DNA from: Botryllus schlosseri
Lineage: Eukaryota
Length of the DNA: 64,000 nucleotides
Assembly (NCBI GenBank): GCA_051294905.1
Contig: CM119373.1
Span: forward strand, 30,070,001 to 30,134,000
Direction: 5' to 3'
Positions within the stretch are counted from its first letter, which is position 1. Each line of letters opens with the position of its first letter. The position numbers were made by a program, and so were the translations under genes. Below, in pieces: positions 36,712-48,837 of the stretch. The notes beneath the pieces were generated by a model. The model saw only the letters and a list, made by a program, of their open reading frames with translations. It made no database searches and was not told the origin of the DNA.

Positions 36712-38530
36712 ATGATGATCACAAAGATTTATAAATGGCGAGAGAAATCCATCCACAAATCCGTAGGTCGATGTGCTTTTCTTGACCGTGTTTCAGAACG
36801 CTTTTTCGCTCTTACATTTGAGAGATGATGCAGATTTACCATGTATTGCATGTTCTGAAAAAATGCTCTGGTGCATTGTGTGGGCGCCAGGCAAAAGCGT
36901 GATGCGTCGGAATCCGGCCTCGAAGGCAGGGACGCGTTGCATCGCCGGCTCGTGTCCGTTTTTGTTTTGGGAAATTGAACAAGTCGAAGAAACTCACCAG
37001 GGTTCCCGAAATATGACTAGTGTGAGGAGGGACAATGTAAGCGGGATTGAAGCCGGCCCTCGCCACGAGTTGAAAACATTGTTTTTCTACGAAGTTGTTC
37101 GAAAACTCTGATAAAACGCGGCCCACTTGTGTTCACAGCTCTATAATGAATAGCGATCATCATAACGAACAGGAATAGGTGTGTTCTCATTGTGGGATAC
37201 CAAGAGAAGCGGTTATCGACCCGGCCGAAAGTCAAGCGGCCGAACTTGACCGCGCGCATAAAGAAGTGCTTGCCGATGAGCGGCACCGACTGATAGTTGA
37301 AGAACTGCGAGTGTGATCGCAGACCTTCGTAAAGCGCAACTGACTTTGCGTTTTTGCAGGCACCGCTTGCGAGCGCTCCGTGAGAGCGTCAACGACATAA
37401 ACTTTGCGCTTGCGCATTGAAAAGAAAATTCAGGTTATAGGTGAAGGTGAGGTGATGGTTTCATTTGGGGTCTAGGCGGGTCACTTCGGCAGCTCGTCTT
37501 TTTTCGCAAGGCGGCAAGTTGAAATACGTCAGCAAGGTTCCCAAGTTCGAGTCGCCGGCTCGCGGCGGCCGCTCGTTTTCTTCCAAGAATTCGTTAAGTC
37601 GTACTATGGCGAGGAGCCGCATGGAAGCCCGACCCTCGTCTGAAAGGTTTCCGGAAAATGTACGATTGACGAGAAACATTGTTTTTTGCACTTTTCGCAG
37701 ATTCATAAATATGATAACCGACAATTCATGTGGGTATTGTGGCCTTTGCAGGGAAGCGCGAAAAACCGACGAGCAGGAGGCTCGCAAAAAGTTGAAACGC
37801 GACCGGACAATATGGTGCATACAGAATAAAGCAATACGGGACCTCATGGTTCGCATTCTCGAGGATAATACTAATCAGGTCCAAACGGACGGGCAGCAAG
37901 TATCGCAAGAGTCTGATAGCGGATTGCGGGATCGTTGTAGCGGTGTCCGCCGACGAAGTGCCGCCGCAGATAACGGGAAAACCGAGAAAAATGCTCATCG
38001 CGAGCACCTAAGAGCTCAGAAAGGTCTGAATTGGCTTCGGACTAAATATTTTGGACTCGCGTGACGGGCAAGGTTGTGCGCGTGGGTTTAATTTGGGTCC
38101 CGACGGATTGCTTCGGCGGCTCGTCGTTTTTTTTTTTTTGATAATTGACAAGTCCGAAACCGAAAATAGATCCTCGCACTGGGACAGTTTTCGCCAGGGG
38201 ACAGAATTTGTTTTGACAAGTTTTTTTCACCGAATCGACTATTCGGAAAAACACGACATCGCGTCGGGCGAAACGGCGGCCTACTGCTTCGAATGCGGCA
38301 ACCTAGTCTGCAAAACCGTTCATAGTGCCACCAGGTAAGTAGCACAGCAGAGCCATCAGAAAACGCTTATATAGACTTTATCTCTAACAGTTGCGGAACG
38401 GTCGCCAAATGCGAAGTATGCGCAGATGACATGACGTCGCCTAATCATGTGGGGTTTTTTGTCTGCAGAGTTAGATTGCCTCTCAAAATGCCTCTCAAAA
38501 CCCTCCTTCTATTGGAATGGCTAATCGCGT
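36712..38530 (+). other. Cluster of short, tightly packed, decayed ORFs (virus- or large-transposon-like cargo)
   Basis: GC-richer block. Successive + frames: MNSDHH..VCSHCGIPRE..LRKAQLTLRFCRHRL; RRPLVFFQEFVKSYYGEEP; MITDNSCGYCGLCREARK..; YCFECGNLVC..KCEVCADD. Confidence 0.4.
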
Positions 38531-38558
38531 GAAAATGTGGGATACTTCTCCTTTATAG

Positions 38559-39427
38559 CAGTGTTGGGAGGACTCGATTTATGACTTGACTCAGACTCGA
38601 GTCACCTAGACTCGAGTCACCTTTAACGTATGACTTGACTTGACTCGAGTCACTTGCTAAAACGACTTGACTTGACTGGACTCGGCGTATCAGAAATGTG
38701 GATTGACTCGGGAGCAAAATTCACGAGTCATAAAAGAAGCGGTGTCGATAAAAATCACTGTATCTTGCATATGGTCGGATTGTTCGCGAAACGCTGGTGT
38801 AAACCGTGAGAGCGACCAATCATTCAATGATCGTGAGTTTTACTGTGACTCTATTGTTCTCTCACAAATAAATGGACAGAAAACGAGGTGATCGAAGCTT
38901 ACAGCTTAAGTTGTTACAAGTATAGTAAAGTAATTTATCAGCAAAATTAGTATTTCTGTTCTGTTCTTCAAATCTCCTGTTTTATTGAAATTTAATTCGA
39001 ATATAGTTGGTGTATATAGATAGTCGTCAACCATGGCGTAGGCTCGAATTGTATCATATCAATTTGTAAATGGGTTAATGTATTGCATCTTATCAATTGG
39101 TATCGCTGTTCTCTATTTTTGGCTGGTAACTATATGAACTGAGGCTATGCAATTACTTACGTAGTTCAGCAGTTCTACGTATATGTGAGTGCCTTCTTGC
39201 GTGCATATTTAACTCTGTATTTGTTCACTGGTTCAATATCAATGACCACTCAATTTATATTTCAGACAGATAGCAAAATGCAATGCCGTAGTCACGCAAC
39301 ATGACTTGAATTGTGACTTGACTTGACTCGAATCACCTTTGAAAATCGATTGACTTGACTTGACTCGAGTCAAAATGTGCAATGACTTGACTCGTGACTC
39401 GAAGGTAGTGACTTGATCCCAACACTG
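38559..39427. mobile_element. hAT-type MITE with GACTCGAGTC subterminal repeats (869 bp)
   Basis: TIR CAGTGTTGGGA / TCCCAACACTG; 8-bp flanks CTTTATAG / TCTTATAG (6/8 match). Confidence 0.85.
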
Positions 39428-39523
39428 TCTTATAGGTATTGTTGTCTATAACGCAGGAGTCAATCTTTTATTATTTTTCCATATTAAAAACGTAGGCTAC
39501 CACGTCTATTAGATGCTACAAAC

Positions 39524-39570
39524 TAGTGGTTCTCAAACTGTGGTACGCGTATCACTAGTGGTACAACAGA
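39524..39570. mobile_element. Left end of a Charlie-like hAT MITE
   Basis: CTAGTGGTTCTCAAACTGTGGTACGCGTATCACTAGTGGTAC. Confidence 0.5.
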
Positions 39571-40433
39571 CCTTTGCAAGGTTTTTGATGATCGTAAATA
39601 CTATTTGCTGTCCCTACGTTAGGTGAAGCCCATGTAAACAAATTATACAGTAGGCTACCTCACCTGTGCAACAAATTTTCCTCGAAATTGTTCCTGATCA
39701 AAGTTCAATACCTGGAATCGTTCAATTGGGCTGGAACATATTTTTGGATATAGTGTTAGACTGTTGTAATCTTATATCCTGGAATCCGGATAATCAAGCC
39801 AGTGCATAAAACAGTTGAATATACTAGATTTACAGAATTTGTCTCTCCGTTATTATCGATTTTATTGGTTCGGAATCCGTGTGATTCACGTGCTTTGTTT
39901 TCTTACCGACTTTGTATTTTTTACCGACTTTGTTGCAATTCTAATGACATTTTTTCGGAGCTACGGTAGTCTGTGTTACATTGAGCTGCTCGTAACGAGA
40001 CGATCAATTTCGCGTCACAAGACACTGTATATATGCGAGTGGACGTAGACGAAATGTAGCGACCGATCAATTCGGCGCGCTCAGATATCCTCGAAAGACG
40101 ACTCGACTCGTTTTCCGCGCCAAAATCGTTTTCTCGCGATATAATCGTTTGTGCATTATCTACTCGCCAAATTTGCATACCAGAGCCTAGATAAGGCCGT
40201 GTTATTCCCGTTTCTGTCATCCACTCGGCACTTTGCACTGTACTCCTCACGAGGAAGAAAAGAGGGCGATGGACTACATTTGGTCACCGTGGTCCACGTC
40301 TGACCGTCAATCTCATCAAGAGGATATCAATGCTGACGTGACATTATCGAAAAGCCACAGCGGAAACTATGGTATCGTCAGCTCGTGCTGTAGATTGTAG
40401 ATTCGTGCGGTAGATGGTAGTAAATTGAAGACA

Positions 40434-42072
40434 ATGACGGAAAATATGGATATACAAGGCGGAGAAGCCTCAGGAACGTACGCAAATGCGGCTGGCGGAA
40501 ATGACCAGCCAACGGATAAATCCTGTGACATAGGCATCAGATTGCCGCTAGTACCAAACAGTGAAGAACTTTTGGAACTATTCAAAACGGTGGGAATAGA
40601 TACGGATAATATAGAGGGGATTAGACGATTCCCAAATGGCCAAATTGACATTACCTTCAGGGAGAGGTATATGGCGGTTAATGCCGATAGGATTATGATG
40701 GGAATGAAGAGGGAAGGAATGGTGCTTCCTTCCCACCGGCTATACATAGCAGAAAATACAGCCTACCTAAGTCAAGTCCCAATAAGAATGGTAGACGAGA
40801 AAATTGAACGATTTTTTATAAACAATAATATCTCAATTAAGAACATCCTCCATCAAAAGGACGACATGGGGAAGAGGAATGGTGCGAGAAGCATGCTCGC
40901 GGGAAGACAACAACTTGAGGAAAACCCTATACCATCATACATCACCATAGACGGATTTCGAATAGCAGTAAGATACAGAGGGCAGGTACACACGTGCGCA
41001 TATTGTGATGAACCAGGGCATTATTTTCGCCTATGCCCAAAAAGAACGAAGAAACTCATCCGTCCCACGGGAAAAGAAAGAGTAAACCAAACGGAAAACA
41101 CGAAAACCCGTACAGAAGGTATGAATATCCATGTTAACCCGCTAACAAAAAACCCTTAATACCGCAGAACCGCCAGAGGGCGTAATGGAGCAGGAAACAC
41201 CCATGCATATAAAAGGAGATGAACAAGCCGAACCACAGAGTCCGGCGGAGCATTCACCGGAACCGCCACTGGAGGGGGACGAGGAGAGTCGAACGTCATC
41301 GATGACGCGCACGGACGCGTCTAGTAGTGAGAGCCAATCAGAGAACGGAGAGCAGGCGAGAGGACTCCAACTCCATATATGGCGAAGAGGTGAGCCATGT
41401 GACAGACGATGACGTGACATCACAAGGTTGAACGGCGGAGCAACAGGGCGTAGCCCAAACGCCACTTCGCAAGGTATCGCCGAGAAGGAAGGACGTGAAG
41501 CAAATAGTCAAAGACGTGGAGGATATCTTCACGATATCGGAAAGTTTGGATTGGTTTGAACAATCATATGATTCCCCTAACAGAGAAAACGATAGTAACA
41601 ACGAGACTGAAACCAGCCTAAAGAGACCAAGGACGAGCACCGATTCCGGGGATTCTGCAACGAGACTGAAACCAGCCTAAAGAGACCAAGGACGAGCACC
41701 GATTCCGGGGATTCTGCAAATCCCGTAACAAGGCACCATAGCTATGCCGGAGAAAAGCAGGGAAAGATAACGTGCCCAAAATGCGGAAAACCAATCTCCT
41801 TCTTCGTTGATGCAAAGGTATGTACATGCATGGCATGTAAAACTGAGCATTCCTTTATAGAAGCCTGCTGCAACCGAACAGATCAACTGATTATAAACGG
41901 GAAACAAATGAGGAAGGAGACGCAAATCGTATGCGGAATATGCCATCGGGTATGCGAAATCGCCTACTGCTGTGGAGCGCTGGTAAATGAGGGCGCCGCT
42001 AAAATGTACAACCATTGTCCCAAATGCCAAAGGCCCAAGCAGAAGAAGAAAGGCACACTAACAACAAAATGA
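40434..42072 (+). pseudogene. Tx1-type ORF1 (RRM-like region, CCHC knuckle, acidic linker, C-terminal Cys-rich domain), frameshifted
   Basis: RNGARSM..IPSYITIDGFRIAVRYRGQVHTCAYCDEPGHYFRLCP. C-terminal CPKC..CTCMAC..CC..CGIC..CC..CPKC. Confidence 0.85.
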
Positions 42073-45000
42073 CGGGGAGGCGACTAAAGATATTCACGTT
42101 GAACACAAATGGGATGAAGAACATTGATAAAAGAAAATTGATTTACGATTTTATCAAGAAAAGAGGAGTAGATATAGCGTGCCTCCAGGAAACGCACTCC
42201 AAGATAGAAACAGAACGCGCCTGGACCGAACAGTGGGGCAGGAGAGCTTTCTGGAATTCAGCAAACGACAGGAACAGCAATATTACTATCGAGGAAACTG
42301 GATCATATGAAAGTGGTTAACCGCAAAAATGATGCAAACGGAAGACTCATTCAAATCACGCTCCAAACAGGTAACACAAATCTCACAATTACAAATTTCC
42401 ATGGTTTTAACAACAGACCACTAAGAAGAGGACAACTAAGGCAGTTGGCGGCGATAACGAACGGGATAACCAGTCACGTTATAGCCGGAGATTTCAACGG
42501 TGTGGACGACATAACGCTGGACAGGAGACCGACGTACGTGGCGAGAGATGACGGGGATGCAAAATACAGTAAGGAGATAATGAGGACGATTGGTGTACAG
42601 GACCTATACCGCACCCAGAATGGGGACCAAAAAGACTTCACTTTCTTCTTCCCCACCGGAATGTCTAGACTGGACAGTATCTATGTGACCAAAGGGATTT
42701 GCGCGATTAATTGCAAACACATAATATGTCCCCTTTCAGACCACGATGCAGTCGAAGCTACGGTGAAAATAGAACGTACCGCAACCAGAACCACAACATG
42801 GAAAAACAACACCCAGATTTATGAAATGGAAACCTTCAAGACCGAGGTAGGAAAAAAGTGGCCCCAATTAAAAACCCTACACCCGATCCTGTACAAAAAC
42901 AAGGTGGACTGGTGAATAGCAATAAAAGAAAGGGTAAAACACCTCGCGATCAAACAGGCGCGGAAGATGAGACATGAGCGCGAGGAACAGCAACGGGAGA
43001 ACATCAAAAAACTCGAGAAGGTAAAAGAAAACGCGATTAAAAATAACATCCCCCTTTCCGAGTACAACAGGGCGAAACGGGAAATCTGGAAGCAAGAAAT
43101 ACGAGGGACATGGAAGCTACGGAAACAAGCGAAGGCCGCAGACGATTCGATCTTAAATTACGACCCTTACGCACTGTGCAAGAGGAAAAAAACAGGAAAA
43201 GAGAATGCTGCGATTCAGGAACTAAGAAAACCAGACGGAAGTTCCACCACAGACGAAAAAGAGATCAGGAAAATCGTGGAGGACTTCTACCAGAAACTTT
43301 ATGATAAAGAATCTACAGATAAAAACACTGCAACTCATGTTTTTTTTCAGCTTCCAAAAAAAAAACATATGAAAGAAGACCAAAGAGAAAAAATGGATTC
43401 TGAGATCAAGGAAGAGGAGGTACGGATGGCAATCCTTCAACAAAAGGCAAAACCCCGGGCGAGGACGGAATTAGCCCCGAGTTTTATGTGCGAAACCTAG
43501 AAATAATCGCTAAAGACGTAACTGAGGTTCTAAATGAAATTTACCTTTTACAGAGCGTCCCAGAATCCCTAGCAAAGGGGGTAATAAAGGTCATCCACAA
43601 AAAGGGCGAAAGGGACAACATCGAAAATTATCGCACGATCACGCTTCTAAATGTGGACTACAAAACCCTGATGAAGATCCTGTCCAACCGCATGAAGGCC
43701 CTACTCGCGACAGTGACGCACGAACATCAATTCGTCAACCCACCCAGAACGATAAATGAACTCAACCTCCTAATACGAGAGGTATCGTCGGACATGAGGC
43801 AAAATGAGTCAGGTGCTATACTGTCGATTGATTTTAGAAAAGCATACGACTCAGTAGATCACGAATTTATGCATGCTGCAATCAATAACGCTGGCTTCGG
43901 CCCCATCTTTCAGGAATTTATAAAAAAAGATATACAAAAATGGATAGTCAACAATTTCGATAAACGGAAGCAGAGGAAGAGAAATCAGCATTAAAAAAGG
44001 CATCAAACAAGGTGATCCAATATCAATGTTCATCTTTACTTTAGTCACAGAGCCCCTGCTACGGAGGCTAAACAGCGAAATAGAAGGATACCGGCTCACC
44101 AGCTACAGGAACAGAGTAACAACACCGTCGTATGCTGATGATGTCACCGTGCCTCTCGCCAAGGAGGAGGACGCAGAGAGGGCAGTCAAGATTGTGGAGC
44201 AATTCGGAAGAGCGAGCGCACTAAAGATCAACAAAAAAAAGACCATGGCGATTAGTTTCGAAAGGAAAAGAAGCAGGAGAACACCAAATCAAATAAGGTG
44301 GGTAAAAAAAGTCGACATTCTAGGGAACACCATAGCCCACGAGAAAAAGGATGAGGATAAGCCATGGAAGAAATCGGTGGACGCGGCGATAAAGCTTATG
44401 GAGGACCTGGAAAACATGAACCTGAGAAGGTTTGAAAAAATAGAAATAATAAGGACCAATATCCTCCCCTTATTCACCTACATGGCAGCAACCTCCAGCT
44501 TCCCCTCAGCGCAGCGCGCCAGGATAAAACGCCACCTAATGACCTTCCTTTTCCAGAAACACGATAAGATCGAGTATGAAAAGGTAATACAGCCAAGAAA
44601 CAAAGGGGGCCTTGGACTGACTGATATCCCAAGGATCGCGGACCTAATACACATAAAGCCAGCCCTCAGCCAGCCCTCCATTACCTGCGCAAGAACGGAG
44701 ACCCACCAGAGACAGAATGGGAAAACAGGCTCGAGAATCAGCTCGCCGTCACCCTGCGCAGGTATGCAAAACATCGAATATCTAACACAAAGGCTCATAC
44801 TTTTCAGCCGCTGCAACATTGGAGAGGAATCAGCGAAAAAATGAAGAAATTGGAAATCGCCCCAGAGGATATCAACAAAAAGAAGGATACATACAAGAAC
44901 ACCATGAGCAGGAACCACAAAAGAACCACCCGGGATATGGAGGGCCCGAACTGGAGTAACATCCAGCACTCGGCTCTCACCCACCAGCAACGAAGGCACA

Positions 45001-45467
45001 ATTGGGAGATTACACACCAACTACTCCCAACAAGAGATCGCCTATACGCAATATTGGCCGCAAGCACGTCGCACTGCACCTTCTGCCATAGCAATGTCGA
45101 AGCACACACCCACCTATTTACAGGCTGCAAGGTGACCAAACCTGTAATAAGAATGTTTTTAGATTCATGGACAGAGGCAACGGGGGACGCAAGACAACCG
45201 GTCGAGCATCGAATCTTCATAAACATGCATCTACAACCACCCATTCAAGATGGTAATAAAACATCATTGCTGTTATTAATCTCCATTCTTAAACAGGCAA
45301 CATGGGCGGCCAGAAACACGAAAATCCACGGGACGCCCTGAATCGATGAAAAATGGATCAAGGATTCTACGCTAAGAAGGATGGAAATAAGGCCCAGAGC
45401 TGAGGAGGACGACAAAACGGAGGGAATACTGACCAAGATCAAAGAGCGGGCGCGCGCGTTGCGTTAA
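42069..45467 (+). pseudogene. ORF2: AP endonuclease, reverse transcriptase and CCHC motif; multiple stops and frameshifts
   Basis: KIFTLNTNG..ACLQETH, GDFN, SRLDSIY, SDHDAV; NYRTITLLNVDYK, DFRKAYDSVDH, GIKQGDPIS, YADDVT; CTFC..HTHLFTGC. Confidence 0.95.
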
Positions 45468-46095
45468 AATGTCTCGAATATGTACCATCTCATGTACCCT
45501 AACCCCATCCCGGCACTGAAAACAAGTCGAATCGTTAAGAGCGGACGTAGACAAAACTGTCACTACTCTCACGACTGCCCACTTGCGGCCACCCCGAAAT
45601 TCCCTGCGAGCAGACGTTAGCGGAACGAACCCATTCCTCTCCGCAAAAAATCCCTACTGCAACACCCCGCCGATATTGAATGGTCGAATCCCCACGCACG
45701 AAACCGCGCATAACTCCACGAAACTGAAGCCCTGCACCTTTACGTAGTCACCTACAAAAATGCCTGTGAATCTCCGCAGATTATAATGTAATTTTCAGTA
45801 AAATTTTGTGCTTTGCATCCTGCTTAATATTACCATCGTGGTAACATTTACTTATTATTTTCATATGATGCAATAAACTCTTAAAAGTTGGATATCAATG
45901 CTGACGATATGCAGTCCTTTCTGTTCAAAAACGGATCATTGCTGTGTGCAACTGTACACAAAAATAGTGCTAAAAAATGATGAATATTTAACGTTTGAAC
46001 AGATGCGATCAAAGATGAAATTAATTCATCGATATGTTTCCAAGCACACCAGATAGTGGCAGCACATTTAATTTGGTATATATCATGCTATATGT

Positions 46096-47531
46096 CAGGG
46101 GTTCTCAACCGCGGGCCGCATGCGGCCCGCAGACGATTATTTTGCGGCCCGCGACATCTTTCATTATGAACGCAATTACTACTGGTACAGTATTGCTATG
46201 TAAGACCGAAGTGTCATATCTGTCGAAGAACAGTTGTTGTAACGAAGCTAGAAGGTTAAAATGATACCACAATAGTTTCTTGTGGAGTTAGACATAAATA
46301 GCCCAGCAATCCACATTTCGAGCCATTGTTAAAATTACCGACGGCGTTACAGACGCATTGTTCAAAATTGCTTGGAACATCTCCAAACCCAAGAATATGC
46401 TAGAGGTGATGTGACTTCAATAAAATTTTAAGGGAACCGTGCGTATATTCGCTGTTTCCGAAATTGAACAGCAAGGCCAACATCATCTGACAAATTCTGA
46501 AGCTACTGTTTTGTGATTCAACCGGCACCAAAAGATTAACAGCAGTGTCTGTCGAATTTTTATCGCAAGTTCTTAAACACGTTGCTACGTAGGCTATAAT
46601 TTAACCTAGCGTTAGTCGAATCCATCTACTTCACGCACATTGCCTAGCTAATTATCCAGGTGCATTTTATTACACTGGGCATATTACTGGAAGGTGAAAG
46701 AGAGAGATATGATATTCTTTTTCGCCTCCACCATCGAGATGCTTTGACGACGGAGTTGCGATAGGGCCGTGAGGACATCTAGTCTTCGCCCTCGTTTTTG
46801 TTTTCTCCTCCATGCTATCCGTGATTGCTGAGCGCCTAGCAGGATAGCTGCGGACACCAATTTTCGAGGCTTTGGTATGACTCAGCCGGGGATCGAACCC
46901 ACGACCTACCGATCGAGAAGCCGGACGCGTAGCCATTACACTATCTCGCTCGGAAGGAAATGCTGACTGGGCAAACTTGGGAAGGGGACCAATGAAAAAC
47001 ATCAACTTGACAAAGCTGACTTCTGTAACTATTGGTGCAGCGCTCCGGCCATGGAAGAAAGGGAGAAGGGCTGATTGGCTTGCTCCGAAATTAGCCCAAA
47101 CGTCTGACCTCTCATATCACTGAGAGCTCAAAGTGATAATGGCCTCTGTAACGAAGAAGTTGCCGTAATTTTATACTTGCTCGCTCCCGCATTGAAACAG
47201 AGAGTTCGGTTCTCTGGTGGAAGGGTTTGGAGGTGCAATACCGACTTGGCAACGAATGCAATGCACGCTCCATGAAGGGATCTGCTTGCTCCGCTGGAAG
47301 ATAGATATTCTCACACAAAAAAAAACAGCAACTGTAAACTTACGAACGCAGTCCATTGATGCTTTAGAATGCATAACAATGTACGAAATACCCGTGTAAG
47401 ACTGGTAAATAGGCTACAGTACCCTAAATCTAATAGTAGCCGATAACTACATGGTAATAATGTTTTGCGGCCCGCAGCGTCTCCTGCTGTTAAAATGCGG
47501 CCCGTTATACGAGCGAAGTTGAGAACCCCTG
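46096..47531. mobile_element. Non-autonomous hAT (Charlie-like) transposon, 1436 bp
   Basis: TIR CAGGGGTTCTCAAC / GTTGAGAACCCCTG, subterminal GCGGCCCG motifs, perfect TSD CTATATGT. Confidence 0.95.
46682..46965 (-). mobile_element. tRNA-derived SINE nested in the hAT element
   Basis: Minus strand has an A-box-like GAGATAGTGTAATGG, B-box GGGTTCGATCCC, then GAGTCATACCAAAG..CCTGCTAGGCGCTCAGCA. Candidate TSD ACTGGGCA (46674-46681 / 46966-46973). Confidence 0.8.
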
Positions 47532-48691
47532 CTATATGTTATCTGGTAACATCACACCGTATTATATCATCATTGCATGTATATTGATGTAGGCCTATAT
47601 TACTGATGCAGTCTCATACTGTCTTTCTACAAGGTGACTTCTGATGCTATATTTTTGTCAGGTGTCTATACATAAATGTAATGGTTCGTCACATAAAATA
47701 AATTATGCTAAGCTGCATACTGAGAAATATTACAATTGCCGGTAGTGTATTTGACACATCTGTTCCGTCCAGTATAAATGTTTCAAAGAATATGTCAGTT
47801 CATATATGTCGGCGTTGTTGGAACATAGTTATCGTGAAACCAGTTATTCCCTACTTCGCAGTATGAACTAGTTTATCCACGTATTGGATTGGAGGCAAAA
47901 TGCTGTCGTCCGACGTGATAATGTATGTAATAAGTTCGCTACATGTATATTCTCTTGCTCACATTTACAATCGCGAGCAGTATGCGCCTCTCACTCGTGA
48001 AGGTGTGTCCATATGAAATTTATACAATTACCAACATATCTTGAATGAAACACTAATGCCAATGGCACACGCATAGCAAGTTCTACATATACATATACAT
48101 CTTGATATTCATCATGATGACAGAACTTGCTACGGATGATTTACCGCCTCGTACCAATTGATAGAATATATTTCGCATTCTCATGATAATCTGACCGGAA
48201 GTTTGCTGGAACTTGGGCATTTCTACGGACTGGCCGATACCAGCGGATCAAACGGAAACTACAGTAGCACATCTAGCACTTTAAGCTATCCCGTCAACAT
48301 GTCACATATTATCAGATAAAGTGATTCGACTCCTTGCTACAGTTCCACGTCACCGTTGTATATACAGATACACCCACAATAACGAATGTCATACCCTGTG
48401 GATATAAAGATGCATCAGCCGTGTTAGCTGTTTCATACAGTGGATATAAAGCTGTATCAGCTGTACCATCCTGTGGATATAAAGCTGTATGAACAGAACA
48501 GGTGAAAAGCTGTAGCACCATGATAATGACGATGATCTGGTTAACGTCGGATGCAGCTGATTTCGACAAGGCGATATAGCCGATACAGCTTTATATCCAC
48601 CGGGTCATATATCTGAAATACCTGATACATATGTAGGTTATATGCTAGTTTTCATTGACAGTGAGACGTTATTCTCGCGGAACCTGTACAT

Positions 48692-48780
48692 CAGGGGTCA
48701 CCAACGTGGTGCCCCAGGGCACCATGTAGGCTGCGAGGACCAAATGAGTAGCCCGCGAGCCTGTTCTGACAATTTATCGA
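48692..48780. mobile_element. Left end of a hAT MITE
   Basis: CAGGGGTCACCAACGTGGTGCCC..GTAGCCCGCGAG; the right end was not found. Confidence 0.55.
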
Positions 48781-48837
48781 ATTGCAGCACTTATCAGTGA
48801 GCTTTTATATATAGATTGTCTGATTTAGCTATTCTTG

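Larger units (their letters stand above)
40339..45889 (+). mobile_element. Full-length L1/Tx1-clade non-LTR retrotransposon (5551 bp), disrupted
   Basis: Perfect 17-bp TSD GGATATCAATGCTGACG (40322-40338 and 45890-45906). Contains ORF1 and ORF2 (APE-RT-CCHC), with AATAAA near the 3' end. Confidence 0.95.

Noticed and set aside
48150-48235. LRR-like peptide IEYISHSHDNLTGSLLELGHFYGL
   Set aside because: A single unit with no neighbouring repeats or clear exon structure; could be chance.
48395-48600. ORF 48312-48569 with ALYP repeats as a protein
   Set aside because: It arises from a nucleotide motif (TGTGGATATAAAG) that also occurs inverted at about 48585-48600, so it is a DNA repeat rather than a coding repeat.
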